Notes: generated by a model not told the origin, from the letters alone. Positions 45,251 through 54,995 are shown, numbered from the stretch's first letter. The stretch: 62,634 nucleotides of DNA from a virus (IMGVR_UViG_3300028298_000008:1-62634); one strand, 5' to 3'. A program made the numbers and translations.

Positions 45251-48200
45251 TACCGTCCTCCTCTCATCAAATGATATGAAGGCCCAAAAGCCTGGTAATC
45301 TTGAATAAAGGCATCAACCACCATCTTGTTAAAACCGGTCATTTTTGGTTGACTTACTTTTGCAGTGAGTGGCTGTCCACTTTGATTATAAAGATTGAAC
45401 TCTATAGAAGGGGCGTTCCCTCCTGCGGCCATCTTTTCAAACATACTGCTTTGTTCTCTGGAGAGAACACGCTCATCAGTAAGAACTTTAACCATCCGTT
45501 CATCTCCCACCAGTCCACCAATATGAAAAGAAGGAATCTTACCCCCCTCATGCGCTGTTAATGTGGGCGTGGAAAAAGCTCCTTTTAACAAACCCCAAAT
45601 ACCAGAAGCTGCGGCACCTGAACCCAGCAATGTTGCCGCCGCCAACTGTTGTGCAAGGATTTGGAACATTGCATTTCTAACTGCTTTGGCAAAGGAGTTA
45701 AAATAATCCCAAAGTCCTTTCAAATTTCCTTCCGCAAGATCAATAAAAGCTTCCTTGAATGTATCGGAAAGAGCCTTACAAGTCTCTGAAAATAAGCCGT
45801 TTAGCTGCTTTCCCCAATCAGTAAACTCTTCAAACATATCCTTTAGAGTTTTATCCCAAACAGCTCCAATACCTTTAGTCCCAAAGAGAGCAGAAAAATC
45901 CAGTGCTTTCTTTAGTTCCAAACCAAGTCCTTTTGTTTTGGTTCCTTCTACAGCTTTGGTAAGATCCGCTTCCAATTGTTCCTTATCAACAACTAACTCT
46001 CCCATAATAGCCATGCCACGGGGGCTTTTTACTCCTACTTTAACAAGCTCCGCCCGCTTCCTTTCTTCCACTTTCTTAGCATGATCTATGAGAGTATTGG
46101 TTTCATTCTCAAGTTCCTTCTGCAAAAGCTGACTCATTCTATTATAATAAGTAATTGCAGAAATCTCTCTCTCTTTGTACAGAAATTCCGTTATTTCTCG
46201 ATCTCTGGCTATTTCCGACTTTCTTAAATCTGATTGAGTGTTGATGAATATTTGTGCAAGCTTTTCCCTTTGCTTAAAGCCCTCAATAGCGATCTTTGTT
46301 TTTTCCTCATAAACCTTTTTCTCCGTTGCAAGCTCTTGTGTATAAGTCTTATCCCTGGAAACTTTAATGGCATTGTCAATAGCTTCTAACTCAGATACCA
46401 TTGTGGCTTTAAGATTGCGTGTCCTTTCATCTGCTCCCTTTCCAGAAACTCCCCCAATCCGTCGCTCAAATTCTTTCTCTATCTTTTCTCTCTTATCAGT
46501 GAGAAAAAAAATCTCCATGTCCCCAGCATCTCGTATTATCTGGAGTCTCTTCGCCTCATACTCAGAAGCAGAAATCAATCCTTTATAATGATGAACTTCT
46601 AACTCAGCAAGTTGCTCCTTCTCACCACTCTTAATTGCTTCTATTGCGGAATTGTATGTCTTTTTGATTGCACTTACATCAGACAATAGATGAGTGTCTT
46701 CTTTTGGAATAATTGGAAGACCAGCATCCTTCTTTTCTTTCTCAGCATCATAAATATCTTGTACATTCTTTCTCGCCACTGCGGTTTCATACGCAGCCAG
46801 GCGTTTGCGTTCATTATAAGCATCCATATCCTTCTTAAACATTTGATCCAATACTATCTGCTGAGTAGCAGAAGTGGCCGTGTACTTACTCAAGTCAGGT
46901 TTTTTTATCTGCTCCTCTGCTTGCAAAGCCTTATTAAACTCCTTTACGGCATTGAACTTATCTTTTGCAGAGGCCATCCTGGCGGAAAATTCACGATCTC
47001 GCTTATCCAGAGCATCATATTCAGCGTTCAATGCTCTAAACAAAAGGATGATTGCAGTAACACCAACTGCTAAAACACCAAAGGCGACATTCAACTGCAT
47101 AACACTGGGAGCAAGTTGACCTACTCCTTTTGTCATTATCATGACAAGCCCATGAGCGGAACTAAACACCGCTGCTATTCGAGCCATAAGAACAATAAGA
47201 GCTGGCAAAGCTAATTTTACAAGATAAGCGGTAATAGCCCCTGCAAGTAATGCCATAGCATCCTTCCATTGAAGAGTCCACCCTACCACATTAGTTAAAC
47301 CAGATATAGGAAAAAGAATCGCTGTGCCAAAAGAGGTAATTGCAGTAGTCAAAGTAGACACCACATCTTTCAACAAAGCGAAAGCATTATAAGTGAAAGT
47401 ACCTGCTCTGCCAAGCCCTTGAATCTTCTCATCAAAAGCATGAGTGGAATCCAAAGCAAATAACATTCCACTTGACATATCCACCAATACCGATGTCAAA
47501 TTTCTCAAAGAGCCTTCACTGAGTCCAGAGACAGCCGCACTTAAAGCGTCAAGAATATTTAGAAAGATTTTCCATTGTGCACCACTGGTTAAAGTCATTT
47601 CACTTGCGGCCAAATCCAATGATCCGCCCACTGTTTTTAATCCTTCAGTCAGTTTTATATACTTTTCATATTGTGTTAAGAAGGCGACAAAAGCCCTCCC
47701 TTGCTCCTTTCCCATCATTCCACCAAAGAATGACATTATTCCAACAGGCACAGCACCTCCTCCCGCTTTTGTCTTGCTAAGAAGCTGAGACACAATAGAA
47801 TCAAATTGAGAGGCCAATGTCTTGGTCGCATCCATTTCAATGTTCAATTTCTTTAACTCTTGACGAGCCTTTGGTTGCTGAAGAGCGGTCATAAAACTTG
47901 CCGTCAAACGACCAGCCGAAGAGGCCTTCTGACCTGTATCTGTAACAGCAACGGCAATAGCTATCATTTGCTGTAGGGTAAAATCTGACAGCTTAGAAAC
48001 AACGCCCATGTACTGGATAACCTTTGTAAATTCTTCCGGTCTTATGATACCAACTGCCTGACCTCGGAGTAGGGTTTCCACAATAGTCTTGAACTTCTCC
48101 GCCTCCGTTCCCGCCATCTGTAGCTGATCTTTAAAATTGTTAAACGCTGCGGTAACAGCCACAGCAAACTGCTTCATGTCAATTTCACCAAAAGCAGTCT

Positions 48201-48843
48201 TCAGATTGGCGAGCATGGGAAGCATATCAGCAACGGTTTGCTCCGCAATACCAGCACCAACAAAAGCCTGTCCTATCTCACTTAAATCCTTCATAACAAC
48301 AGGTTTCTCAATAGCGGCTACTCTCATTGCAGCAACAGCCGATCTTGTTCCCATCCTTGCTTCTGGAGAGATTTTGCCTGAAGTGGCACTAAAACGTATC
48401 ATCTCAGCAGCGGCTTGATCTAAAGCAGCTATGTATTTAAACGCACCTGTTGTAGCTGCTGCAAAGCCTGCCGCAATGGTGTCCAAAACAAGACGTGTGC
48501 TGTACCATCTCATCTGTATCTGGATGAGGTATTCCATGCCTTCGTACAAAGACTTTATGGAATAACTCATGTTCTTTAAGGGATTGGTGGAACTGGTGGC
48601 CGCACTACCCACACTCTTCATACTCGTTGACAGTTTACTTACAGAACTTGAAAGGGTGTCGACAGAAGTGCGAACCTTTTCCATCTCAGAATTCATCCGA
48701 GACATTACTTGAGGAACCTTATTAAAAGAAGTTTGAAGCTCAGCCCCTAACTTATTGACTGCTTCAGAAACAGCGGTGAACCCTTTTGCTTGGGCCTCAA
48801 TCAACAGAGATGTTTTAATCGGTCCTGATCCTGGTCCTCCCAT
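45250..48843 (-). CDS. tail tape measure protein
   Basis: 1197 aa, Ala-rich and helical, hydrophobic middle, C-terminal AHEGG/FHIGG; canonical position. Confidence 0.92.
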   Translation of the reverse strand: MGGPGSGPIKTSLLIEAQAKGFTAVSEAVNKLGAELQTSFNKVPQVMSRMNSEMEKVRTSVDTLSSSVSKLSTSMKSVGSAATSSTNPLKNMSYSIKSLYEGMEYLIQIQMRWYSTRLVLDTIAAGFAAATTGAFKYIAALDQAAAEMIRFSATSGKISPEARMGTRSAVAAMRVAAIEKPVVMKDLSEIGQAFVGAGIAEQTVADMLPMLANLKTAFGEIDMKQFAVAVTAAFNNFKDQLQMAGTEAEKFKTIVETLLRGQAVGIIRPEEFTKVIQYMGVVSKLSDFTLQQMIAIAVAVTDTGQKASSAGRLTASFMTALQQPKARQELKKLNIEMDATKTLASQFDSIVSQLLSKTKAGGGAVPVGIMSFFGGMMGKEQGRAFVAFLTQYEKYIKLTEGLKTVGGSLDLAASEMTLTSGAQWKIFLNILDALSAAVSGLSEGSLRNLTSVLVDMSSGMLFALDSTHAFDEKIQGLGRAGTFTYNAFALLKDVVSTLTTAITSFGTAILFPISGLTNVVGWTLQWKDAMALLAGAITAYLVKLALPALIVLMARIAAVFSSAHGLVMIMTKGVGQLAPSVMQLNVAFGVLAVGVTAIILLFRALNAEYDALDKRDREFSARMASAKDKFNAVKEFNKALQAEEQIKKPDLSKYTATSATQQIVLDQMFKKDMDAYNERKRLAAYETAVARKNVQDIYDAEKEKKDAGLPIIPKEDTHLLSDVSAIKKTYNSAIEAIKSGEKEQLAELEVHHYKGLISASEYEAKRLQIIRDAGDMEIFFLTDKREKIEKEFERRIGGVSGKGADERTRNLKATMVSELEAIDNAIKVSRDKTYTQELATEKKVYEEKTKIAIEGFKQREKLAQIFINTQSDLRKSEIARDREITEFLYKEREISAITYYNRMSQLLQKELENETNTLIDHAKKVEERKRAELVKVGVKSPRGMAIMGELVVDKEQLEADLTKAVEGTKTKGLGLELKKALDFSALFGTKGIGAVWDKTLKDMFEEFTDWGKQLNGLFSETCKALSDTFKEAFIDLAEGNLKGLWDYFNSFAKAVRNAMFQILAQQLAAATLLGSGAAASGIWGLLKGAFSTPTLTAHEGGKIPSFHIGGLVGDERMVKVLTDERVLSREQSSMFEKMAAGGNAPSIEFNLYNQSGQPLTAKVSQPKMTGFNKMVVDAFIQDYQAFGPSYHLMRGGR

Positions 48844-48855
48844 ATTACACCTCTC

Positions 48856-49209
48856 CTAATTTTCTTTCCTATCTACTTTTATCTGGCTTTTATCACACTT
48901 AGAGCAATCTAAATCGGGCTTTGCTTTCTTACAGGCTTTGCAATAATCACTTTCCAGCCTGACACGATCCTTCTCTTTAGGAACAAGAGCGGCAATAACC
49001 GATTCTCGAAATAATTCTTCTCTCAGACGGTGATCCATGTAGGGGACACTCTCTTTAGGAGTAGCCCCCCACAAAATTAAGTCTCGCTTGGAGATGTCTC
49101 CTCCGCTAAGGAGGAGGACAACTTCGCTAATGAACTGATCTGTCCTGGCACTTCGATCTTCCCGATCAGCTTCTCTATTTTTTCGAGATATATAGCTGTC
49201 GGGTTGCAT
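48856..49209 (-). CDS. tail assembly chaperone, frameshifted C-terminal part (gpT-like)
   Basis: Lies in the -1 frame of 49077-49499 directly after a T TTT TTC slippery site; LLSGGDISKRD; CxxC...CxxC. Confidence 0.72.
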   Translation of the reverse strand: MQPDSYISRKNREADREDRSARTDQFISEVVLLLSGGDISKRDLILWGATPKESVPYMDHRLREELFRESVIAALVPKEKDRVRLESDYCKACKKAKPDLDCSKCDKSQIKVDRKEN

Positions 49210-49499
49210 TCGAAAAAATCTTCAATCACCATAACCATCATTTTAACAGGTATGTGAAATCCCAAAAACTCCGAAAGGGAAGTCAAATCCTTATCCTTTA
49301 CAGACCCCCCTTTCTCAGTTAAAACAACGGCCAGAGCATCAGGCATTTTGTCACCAATCAATGAAATTATATCCATTGGAGACACGGCTTCAGTTAGATC
49401 AACACCTTTTAAGACAGCCAGTAATTGCCTCACTTGCCCCCATACAAGAGGCTTCTGAACAAATTCCCGTCCTTCTATGGTATAGCTTGTCTCTTCCAT
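49077..49499 (-). CDS. tail assembly chaperone (gpG-like)
   Basis: Between tail tube and tape measure; AGGAG RBS. Confidence 0.8.
   Translation of the reverse strand: MEETSYTIEGREFVQKPLVWGQVRQLLAVLKGVDLTEAVSPMDIISLIGDKMPDALAVVLTEKGGSVKDKDLTSLSEFLGFHIPVKMMVMVIEDFFECNPTAIYLEKIEKLIGKIEVPGQISSLAKLSSSLAEETSPSET
49212..49218 (-). promoter_or_regulatory. -1 programmed ribosomal frameshift slippery heptamer T TTT TTC
   Basis: Minus strand reads GAT TTT TTC GAA; a -1 slip gives TTT TTT CGA ATG CAA CCC, the frame of 48856-49209. Confidence 0.7.
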
Positions 49500-49528
49500 A
49501 TTAAAACACTCCTTTCAAAATCCCTATT

Positions 49529-50500
49529 TTATTCATACGAAGTTGTTGGGCTCAGCAAGACCATTCTTGCTGCTGTCGCCGCGGCCGCATCGCTGTAGTA
49601 AGCCTCAAACGGCAGCTCTACCAACACCCCTGCAGGACCGGTTACTACTGGCGCCTGTGGTTTCAATATAACCTCATCAAAAGAGAAGGTCATCTTTTCA
49701 TTCCCGGATGAACCGTCCCCATTGCCTTTGGTGAAACAAATTGTAAGAGCAATTTCTGTGTTAGCAATGGCAAGATCATACAATGTGGTGCTGTCAAAAA
49801 TAGCCCTCAGTGTCCCTGTTACTTTCGCAGATCCGGCTGGCAATGAATCCCTCTCCCCAGTACCATCAATGACATAGTTACTGCCATCAAGATTATTTTC
49901 AAGAGTAAACTCAAACTCAGTCACTCCCGCCAAGGCTGATCCGTCCTTGGTAAGAGCCGCCTCAAAGGCATCAAATGGAGTGAAACCAAGATCAGTGGGA
50001 GTAGAGTCCATTGTATTTACTGCTTCCGTTTCCTTTGCTCCCATAATATTCACAGAACACTCAATCATGCCTTCTGACTTACAAGACATGGTAAAGCTGT
50101 TCACCCGGCAGCCGTTGTACTGAAAATATTTTGGTGAGGCGAGATCAAGGAACTGCTTTTCAATAACCAATCCGTTAGGAAGGGAGCCGACTTTGAATGT
50201 GTGAGTTGACATTTCACCTGTTGCTGCATACCCATAATGACCATAGATATGCTGAAACAGCCTTCCATGCTGAGGAGACAGTTCAAAGGGAATATCCCCA
50301 GAAATCTCTGTATTGCCTCTTACAGGCTGTTGTGGATTTCTATCAGACCGAATTGTGTTTGAAGAGATCAGGTTCCTATTCAACCGCAAACTCTCGCTCA
50401 CAAATGGAAGATACATGGCATCCACTACGGCCGGATTTGTTTTGAAAGTGTCCTCAGTGTCGTAAATAAGTTTTACATTACTTCCCTGTTGCTGTGCCAT
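49529..50500 (-). CDS. major tail tube protein
   Basis: PFVSESL...SNTIRSDRN...GDIPFEL...YNGCRVNSF...FTLENNL...VTGTL. Confidence 0.85.
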   Translation of the reverse strand: MAQQQGSNVKLIYDTEDTFKTNPAVVDAMYLPFVSESLRLNRNLISSNTIRSDRNPQQPVRGNTEISGDIPFELSPQHGRLFQHIYGHYGYAATGEMSTHTFKVGSLPNGLVIEKQFLDLASPKYFQYNGCRVNSFTMSCKSEGMIECSVNIMGAKETEAVNTMDSTPTDLGFTPFDAFEAALTKDGSALAGVTEFEFTLENNLDGSNYVIDGTGERDSLPAGSAKVTGTLRAIFDSTTLYDLAIANTEIALTICFTKGNGDGSSGNEKMTFSFDEVILKPQAPVVTGPAGVLVELPFEAYYSDAAAATAARMVLLSPTTSYE

Positions 50501-50505
50501 TTTAC

Positions 50506-50727
50506 TTACCTCCTTCCTCTATTTTTTCTTGGTTCTATTACGTCTTCCTTCTTTTTAGAAGACATTAAGGGAGGAGGGAAGTCAAACACCTCTCTCACCC
50601 TTCCTTTTCGCACCAACTGATCAATGGCATCATCTGGAAGATCATCCCTCATCTGTCCTTTTGTAAACACATAAGGACCAAAGGCAATCTTGTCTGGACC
50701 ACGCTCATATATTACTTTCCTTGACAT
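50506..50727 (-). CDS. small protein between tail terminator and tube
   Basis: GGAGG RBS. Confidence 0.6.
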   Translation of the reverse strand: MSRKVIYERGPDKIAFGPYVFTKGQMRDDLPDDAIDQLVRKGRVREVFDFPPPLMSSKKKEDVIEPRKNRGRR

Positions 50728-50728
50728 A

Positions 50729-51145
50729 TTACATACCTCCCTTAATATGACGATAAATAATCGAATAATCGATCAGCATTGCTTCCATCGCTTGTGTAGG
50801 ATCGATTACATAAATATCTGCCCCTGTTCTGAATGAGGTAACAGCATATCCTGACATCGTTTCTCCAGAATGCATCTTTTCGTGTATTGCCCCCAACAAA
50901 ACTTCCATATCGGAGTCCTGTGCCCACACTTCAATGGCAATACTCCAATCCCACGTTTCGTAACCGATAACAGAATAGTTGGGTTCTACTATTCTCCTCT
51001 CAACCCCTGAGTAAACAAATGCACAAGGCATTTTTACTGTTTCCATATCGATAAGGGTGTTTTTGTTTACTTGAACCTCTTGTAAAGCAGAAACACCTTC
51101 AAGTATTGTCTTTATTGTGGTTAAAATATTTGCTCTTGTGGTCAT
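50729..51145 (-). CDS. tail terminator protein
   Basis: TTRANILTTIKTIL...MPCAFV; position and size. Confidence 0.7.
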   Translation of the reverse strand: MTTRANILTTIKTILEGVSALQEVQVNKNTLIDMETVKMPCAFVYSGVERRIVEPNYSVIGYETWDWSIAIEVWAQDSDMEVLLGAIHEKMHSGETMSGYAVTSFRTGADIYVIDPTQAMEAMLIDYSIIYRHIKGGM

Positions 51146-51822
51146 TCTCCAAACCCACCCACTACAGTTCCACCTGTTATTCTCAAACTGAGAAAACCAA
51201 AATCATAACCGCTAAAAGCATCTCGCATGGCTTCTGCCATCTGTCTCTTTCTGTATGCAGCAATCTCATCAAGCTTCACACGCTGAGGAATTCTTATGGT
51301 CTTCTTTAATATAAATGCTGGTCTTATTTCCTTCCCCACCTTCCAATAAAGGGTATTCTCTTTTAATTTACTCTCCGATCCTCTTCTTGGTCTAAATAAT
51401 CTTGGATACAAATTCATCAATTGCCCTGGGACAAAAGGGGAAATCCAACCCCCGTCTTTTTTTCTCACCCAAGGCATTGGTACTGTGAACTTTTTCCCAC
51501 TGGTAGTAAAAACCCCACTGCTTCCAGTACCAACATGCAATGAGGCATATCTCGTTCCTTCCCCCACAACAAGAGCACCGATCACCGTTCCAGCACTTGT
51601 TCTCTGCACTGTATAAGTAGTCCCCTTATACAACTTGCCTGACTTATATGCAACAGAATCACTTCCTTTTCTACTCAAATGCTGTATCTTCAAATAAGAA
51701 ACAAAATCACTCATCTCCTTATGCATTACATCTTCCATGATGCCAGGAACGCTCATACCTCGCCGGACAACCCGCTGCTTAACATCCGGTTTCAATCTCA
51801 TTTGAAAGTTAATTGTTGGCAT
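51142..51822 (-). CDS. tail completion / neck protein (HK97 gp10-like)
   Basis: Basic; KSGKL...YASLHVGTG; LKKTIRIPQR. Confidence 0.65.
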   Translation of the reverse strand: MPTINFQMRLKPDVKQRVVRRGMSVPGIMEDVMHKEMSDFVSYLKIQHLSRKGSDSVAYKSGKLYKGTTYTVQRTSAGTVIGALVVGEGTRYASLHVGTGSSGVFTTSGKKFTVPMPWVRKKDGGWISPFVPGQLMNLYPRLFRPRRGSESKLKENTLYWKVGKEIRPAFILKKTIRIPQRVKLDEIAAYRKRQMAEAMRDAFSGYDFGFLSLRITGGTVVGGFGE

Positions 51823-51824
51823 CT

Positions 51825-52562
51825 TTACCTCATTGTTGGCACTCTTCTATAAGGTCTTAAAATATCAACGACTTCAGCGAGTAATTTCATAGGAACAAGC
51901 TTTGAGAAAGACCCATCAGGCATGGAAATAGATGATATGCCTATGTCCTTCCTTCGCCTAAAAGCAAAAGCCATCTGCATCAATGCTGCAAGGCGAGCAT
52001 CATCTGGGCAACCACTCAAATAAGAATGATCTAAATACTGAGTCCCAGATGCCCACGCCACACCTACTGCGCCAAGCTGAGACCAATAAGTAGCATAATC
52101 CTCTCCAGTAATGGGCTTGTTGGTGGCTGCGGCAGTATGAGTTAATCTGCAACGATAATTCAAACTGTCTGTCCCAATAACCTCAGAAATAGAGGCTTCA
52201 GCATAACCACCTGTCCAAGCAATCAAAAGCTCCTTTGGATCAGCGTAAGGCGTTTCTGTGGCAAACTCAATCAAGCCTTCCTCCGCCCAGACGTAGTAAG
52301 CACTATTTAAAGTCTGAACGGAGCCGTCAAGTGTTACTGTTAAAGCCACATCTGTGTCAATGGGATAAGCAGGAAGATAATAAAATTTGCGTCCGGAATC
52401 AAAATATTTACTATATGCAGCTTTGACGAGATTTCTATTCAACCACGTCTCGATGCGCTTAGAAACAACATCATCAAAAATAGCCAACAGAGAATCTTGT
52501 GATACCTTATCAGTATCGATCTCCAAGAATGCTTTTAAATCCGGGACGCTGACGATCTTCAT
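51825..52562 (-). CDS. head-tail adaptor (gp6/gp15-like) with inserted CBM-like module
   Basis: VSVPDLKAFL...IETWLNR...WTGGY...PDDARLAAL...ILRPYRR; insert EVIGTDSLNYRC...YWSQLG. Confidence 0.8.
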   Translation of the reverse strand: MKIVSVPDLKAFLEIDTDKVSQDSLLAIFDDVVSKRIETWLNRNLVKAAYSKYFDSGRKFYYLPAYPIDTDVALTVTLDGSVQTLNSAYYVWAEEGLIEFATETPYADPKELLIAWTGGYAEASISEVIGTDSLNYRCRLTHTAAATNKPITGEDYATYWSQLGAVGVAWASGTQYLDHSYLSGCPDDARLAALMQMAFAFRRRKDIGISSISMPDGSFSKLVPMKLLAEVVDILRPYRRVPTMR

Positions 52563-53287
52563 GTCTTACTTCTCCGTTTCAAACCAGACCTGCCAGGCTG
52601 GCGCAGGATGGCTCTATGTTTCTTTGTGTCCATGAGCTTGTCTTCTACCTCACCCTCTTTGGTCTTTTCAACTCCTTCTTCGGCTCCACTTTTTTCTTCT
52701 TTTTCTTTTTCCTCTCCTTCATTCACTTTTCCCTCCTTTACTTTTTCTGTTTTGTCTTCCCCCTGCACCTTTGAAGACTTTTCCAAGGTGATAGTGATAA
52801 CTTCTTCAATTGGAGGCACTCTCTTCACAACAGGGACAATGCTTTCTTTTGGAACAACAAGAATAAGACCAACACCTTCCCCCATTTCTTCTTCCTCCTC
52901 TTTCTCCTTTTCTGAGGGAGGATCCACCCTGTCAAAAACCCAATACCTTTCCATGTATTCTTGTTCTGTTAAGGAAATAATTGTCCCTGATGGGGAGTCC
53001 TTTCCTGTGATAGAATCGGGGTAGGTATACCCTCCACGAATTTTCACTTTGATTTTGTTCACTGTTGTGGCATGATTGCCGTCCTTAATTTCCTGAAGTT
53101 TTCTGTCATAGAAATCTCTCTCTGCCTGATTCTTTGGAATGATCTTTTCAAGAATATGACTTGCCTTACCATATTCTTCCTCCGTAACTTCCAGAACAGA
53201 GTCCTCAGGATAAACTCCATCACTTCTTGATTTCTTCTCTTTGAGTTCGAGATTGAAAGTGTATCCATGTCTGACTTTTACTAACAT
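52559..53287 (-). CDS. hypothetical protein with two internal repeats and a Glu/Lys-rich tail
   Basis: VKVRHGYTF...EVTEEEY and VKIRGGYTY...SLTEQEY; AGGAG RBS at 53287. Confidence 0.65.
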   Translation of the reverse strand: MLVKVRHGYTFNLELKEKKSRSDGVYPEDSVLEVTEEEYGKASHILEKIIPKNQAERDFYDRKLQEIKDGNHATTVNKIKVKIRGGYTYPDSITGKDSPSGTIISLTEQEYMERYWVFDRVDPPSEKEKEEEEEMGEGVGLILVVPKESIVPVVKRVPPIEEVITITLEKSSKVQGEDKTEKVKEGKVNEGEEKEKEEKSGAEEGVEKTKEGEVEDKLMDTKKHRAILRQPGRSGLKRRSKT

Positions 53288-53310
53288 TGCCGCTCTCCTT
53301 TCTTTTTTAA

Positions 53311-53337
53311 TAAGGGGCAGGCAGAACCTGCCCCTTA
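53311..53337 (-). terminator. perfect 11-bp hairpin downstream of the capsid/decoration genes
   Basis: TAAGGGGCAGG-CAGAA-CCTGCCCCTTA; the U tract on the minus strand is weak, so it may be a partial terminator or mRNA stabiliser. Confidence 0.65.
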
Positions 53338-53355
53338 CTTTTAACAAAACCGACT

Positions 53356-53775
53356 TTACACAGCCGGTACTATCGTGGCTTCACCAAGAACAACGGCTAC
53401 GCTCACATTTGCCGTCGGAGAAGATCCTCCCGTAAATGTAGGAGTGACTGTTGGTTTCACCCATCTCTTTCGTGCCTTGAGATCAACATTCACCTCAAGA
53501 TAGGAACCGGGAATATCCGCATTCTCACCTGTGATCGTTGTCGTTTCCGAAATGGTAACTGCGGCATAGGTGCCACTTTCCGTGTCACTTTCCTGCAAAC
53601 CAAATTCGATCTGCACATTCGTGGGAGAATTTGCGGTATAACCGCAACCAATTCCGAACTTGGCACTCTCGTATCCTTTACGATCAAAAGCAATGCCGGA
53701 CACCACCGTTTCTCCTGAAACAATCTGTGGATAGAACTTTAACAAAGTCTTCAATTCTTCGCTTACTTGCTTCAT
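53356..53775 (-). CDS. capsid decoration / cement protein
   Basis: Directly after the MCP; FDRKGYESA...LQESDT...KRWVK beta-rich pattern. Confidence 0.72.
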   Translation of the reverse strand: MKQVSEELKTLLKFYPQIVSGETVVSGIAFDRKGYESAKFGIGCGYTANSPTNVQIEFGLQESDTESGTYAAVTISETTTITGENADIPGSYLEVNVDLKARKRWVKPTVTPTFTGGSSPTANVSVAVVLGEATIVPAV

Positions 53776-53789
53776 GATTTCACCTCCCC

Positions 53790-54995
53790 TTATTCTGCCG
53801 ACTTGGCGTCGTTGATTAAGCAGAAGGATTGACCATGACGCGGAGCAATGTCAACTTCCTGAAGAATTCTGATCCAGGTCTGATCCTTCTCGAAGGAATC
53901 ATGAGCTTCCTGAGAAGCCATCATTTCCATACCACCCCACTGACCGATCATTAACTCTGCCCAGTTGCCGAAATAGACTTCGGTCAAATCCGTTCCTGTA
54001 GTGCCTTTGGTCAGATTAATAGGAATCTGTGTGGTCATTTTGTAGGGGTATCCGAGCCAATTCTGGAACACGGACTCGGTGATGGGAGCAATGATGTACT
54101 GCCCACCTGTATCACCACTGTACTGAGCAACCTTCAACTTGAGCAACTTCCGTCTGATCGCCGGATGGAAAATGTATCCCAGCTTGCCTCTCAAGGCATT
54201 GTCAACAGCCAGTTCGTACTCCATGTCAATCAGATTGTCAAAGGTCAAATTCCCACCATTGGTGCCGATTGCTACCGTATTCAAATCAGTGGCGATATTT
54301 ACGCCAGACGGCTGATTCGAAGATCCGGAGCCTCTTAACGCCTTCAAGTCGATCTGAAGAGCAATGGCTGTGGCGATGTCACTTCGAACAAGAGCTTCTG
54401 CCGAAGGATTCGACAGTTTGACCAAGGTGTTGGAAAGCTTTACCAACGCCCCGACTTTCTTCGGGGTCATGGTGAGCTGACCAAGGGTCAAATCAGATGG
54501 TGTAATGGCAATATTCTCACCAACCCAATACCCCGTAGCTCCACCGGTCTGTTTGGGAATCTGCACCGGAGAACCAACCAATCCTGAAAGGATTGTGGCG
54601 CCGGAGGCGACGACTACAGACTCCGCCCGTAAAAGTTCAATGATCTGAGCAATGTATTCCGCAGGCACGATGTACGCACCCGCTGAACCAGCACCCAGAC
54701 CGCCCATATCCTTTACCCGTTTGCGTGTCTCGGCAAAGACCTCTTTCTCATATCCAGCCTCAGACCAATCATTCCAACGCATGGCATGAGCTGCTCTGAA
54801 GAAAGAGAACACATCCTTCCCTATATCAACACCAGGCAAGGACACCTTTCGCGGAACAACAATGGCTTCAAGGTCTTTCATCTTCTGATCCAGACGAGCA
54901 AAGTCCTGACGAAGCCCCTCATTCATCTCACCAAACTGATCGATGAGATTCTTTTTGTGTTCTGCGAGTGCCGCTTTAATCTGTTCCAACATCAT
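53790..54995 (-). CDS. major capsid protein, HK97 fold
   Basis: AGAYIVPAEY...IPKQTGGATGYWVGE...TPKKVGAL...GSGSSNQPSG...LGYPY...YFGNW. Confidence 0.95.
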   Translation of the reverse strand: MMLEQIKAALAEHKKNLIDQFGEMNEGLRQDFARLDQKMKDLEAIVVPRKVSLPGVDIGKDVFSFFRAAHAMRWNDWSEAGYEKEVFAETRKRVKDMGGLGAGSAGAYIVPAEYIAQIIELLRAESVVVASGATILSGLVGSPVQIPKQTGGATGYWVGENIAITPSDLTLGQLTMTPKKVGALVKLSNTLVKLSNPSAEALVRSDIATAIALQIDLKALRGSGSSNQPSGVNIATDLNTVAIGTNGGNLTFDNLIDMEYELAVDNALRGKLGYIFHPAIRRKLLKLKVAQYSGDTGGQYIIAPITESVFQNWLGYPYKMTTQIPINLTKGTTGTDLTEVYFGNWAELMIGQWGGMEMMASQEAHDSFEKDQTWIRILQEVDIAPRHGQSFCLINDAKSAE

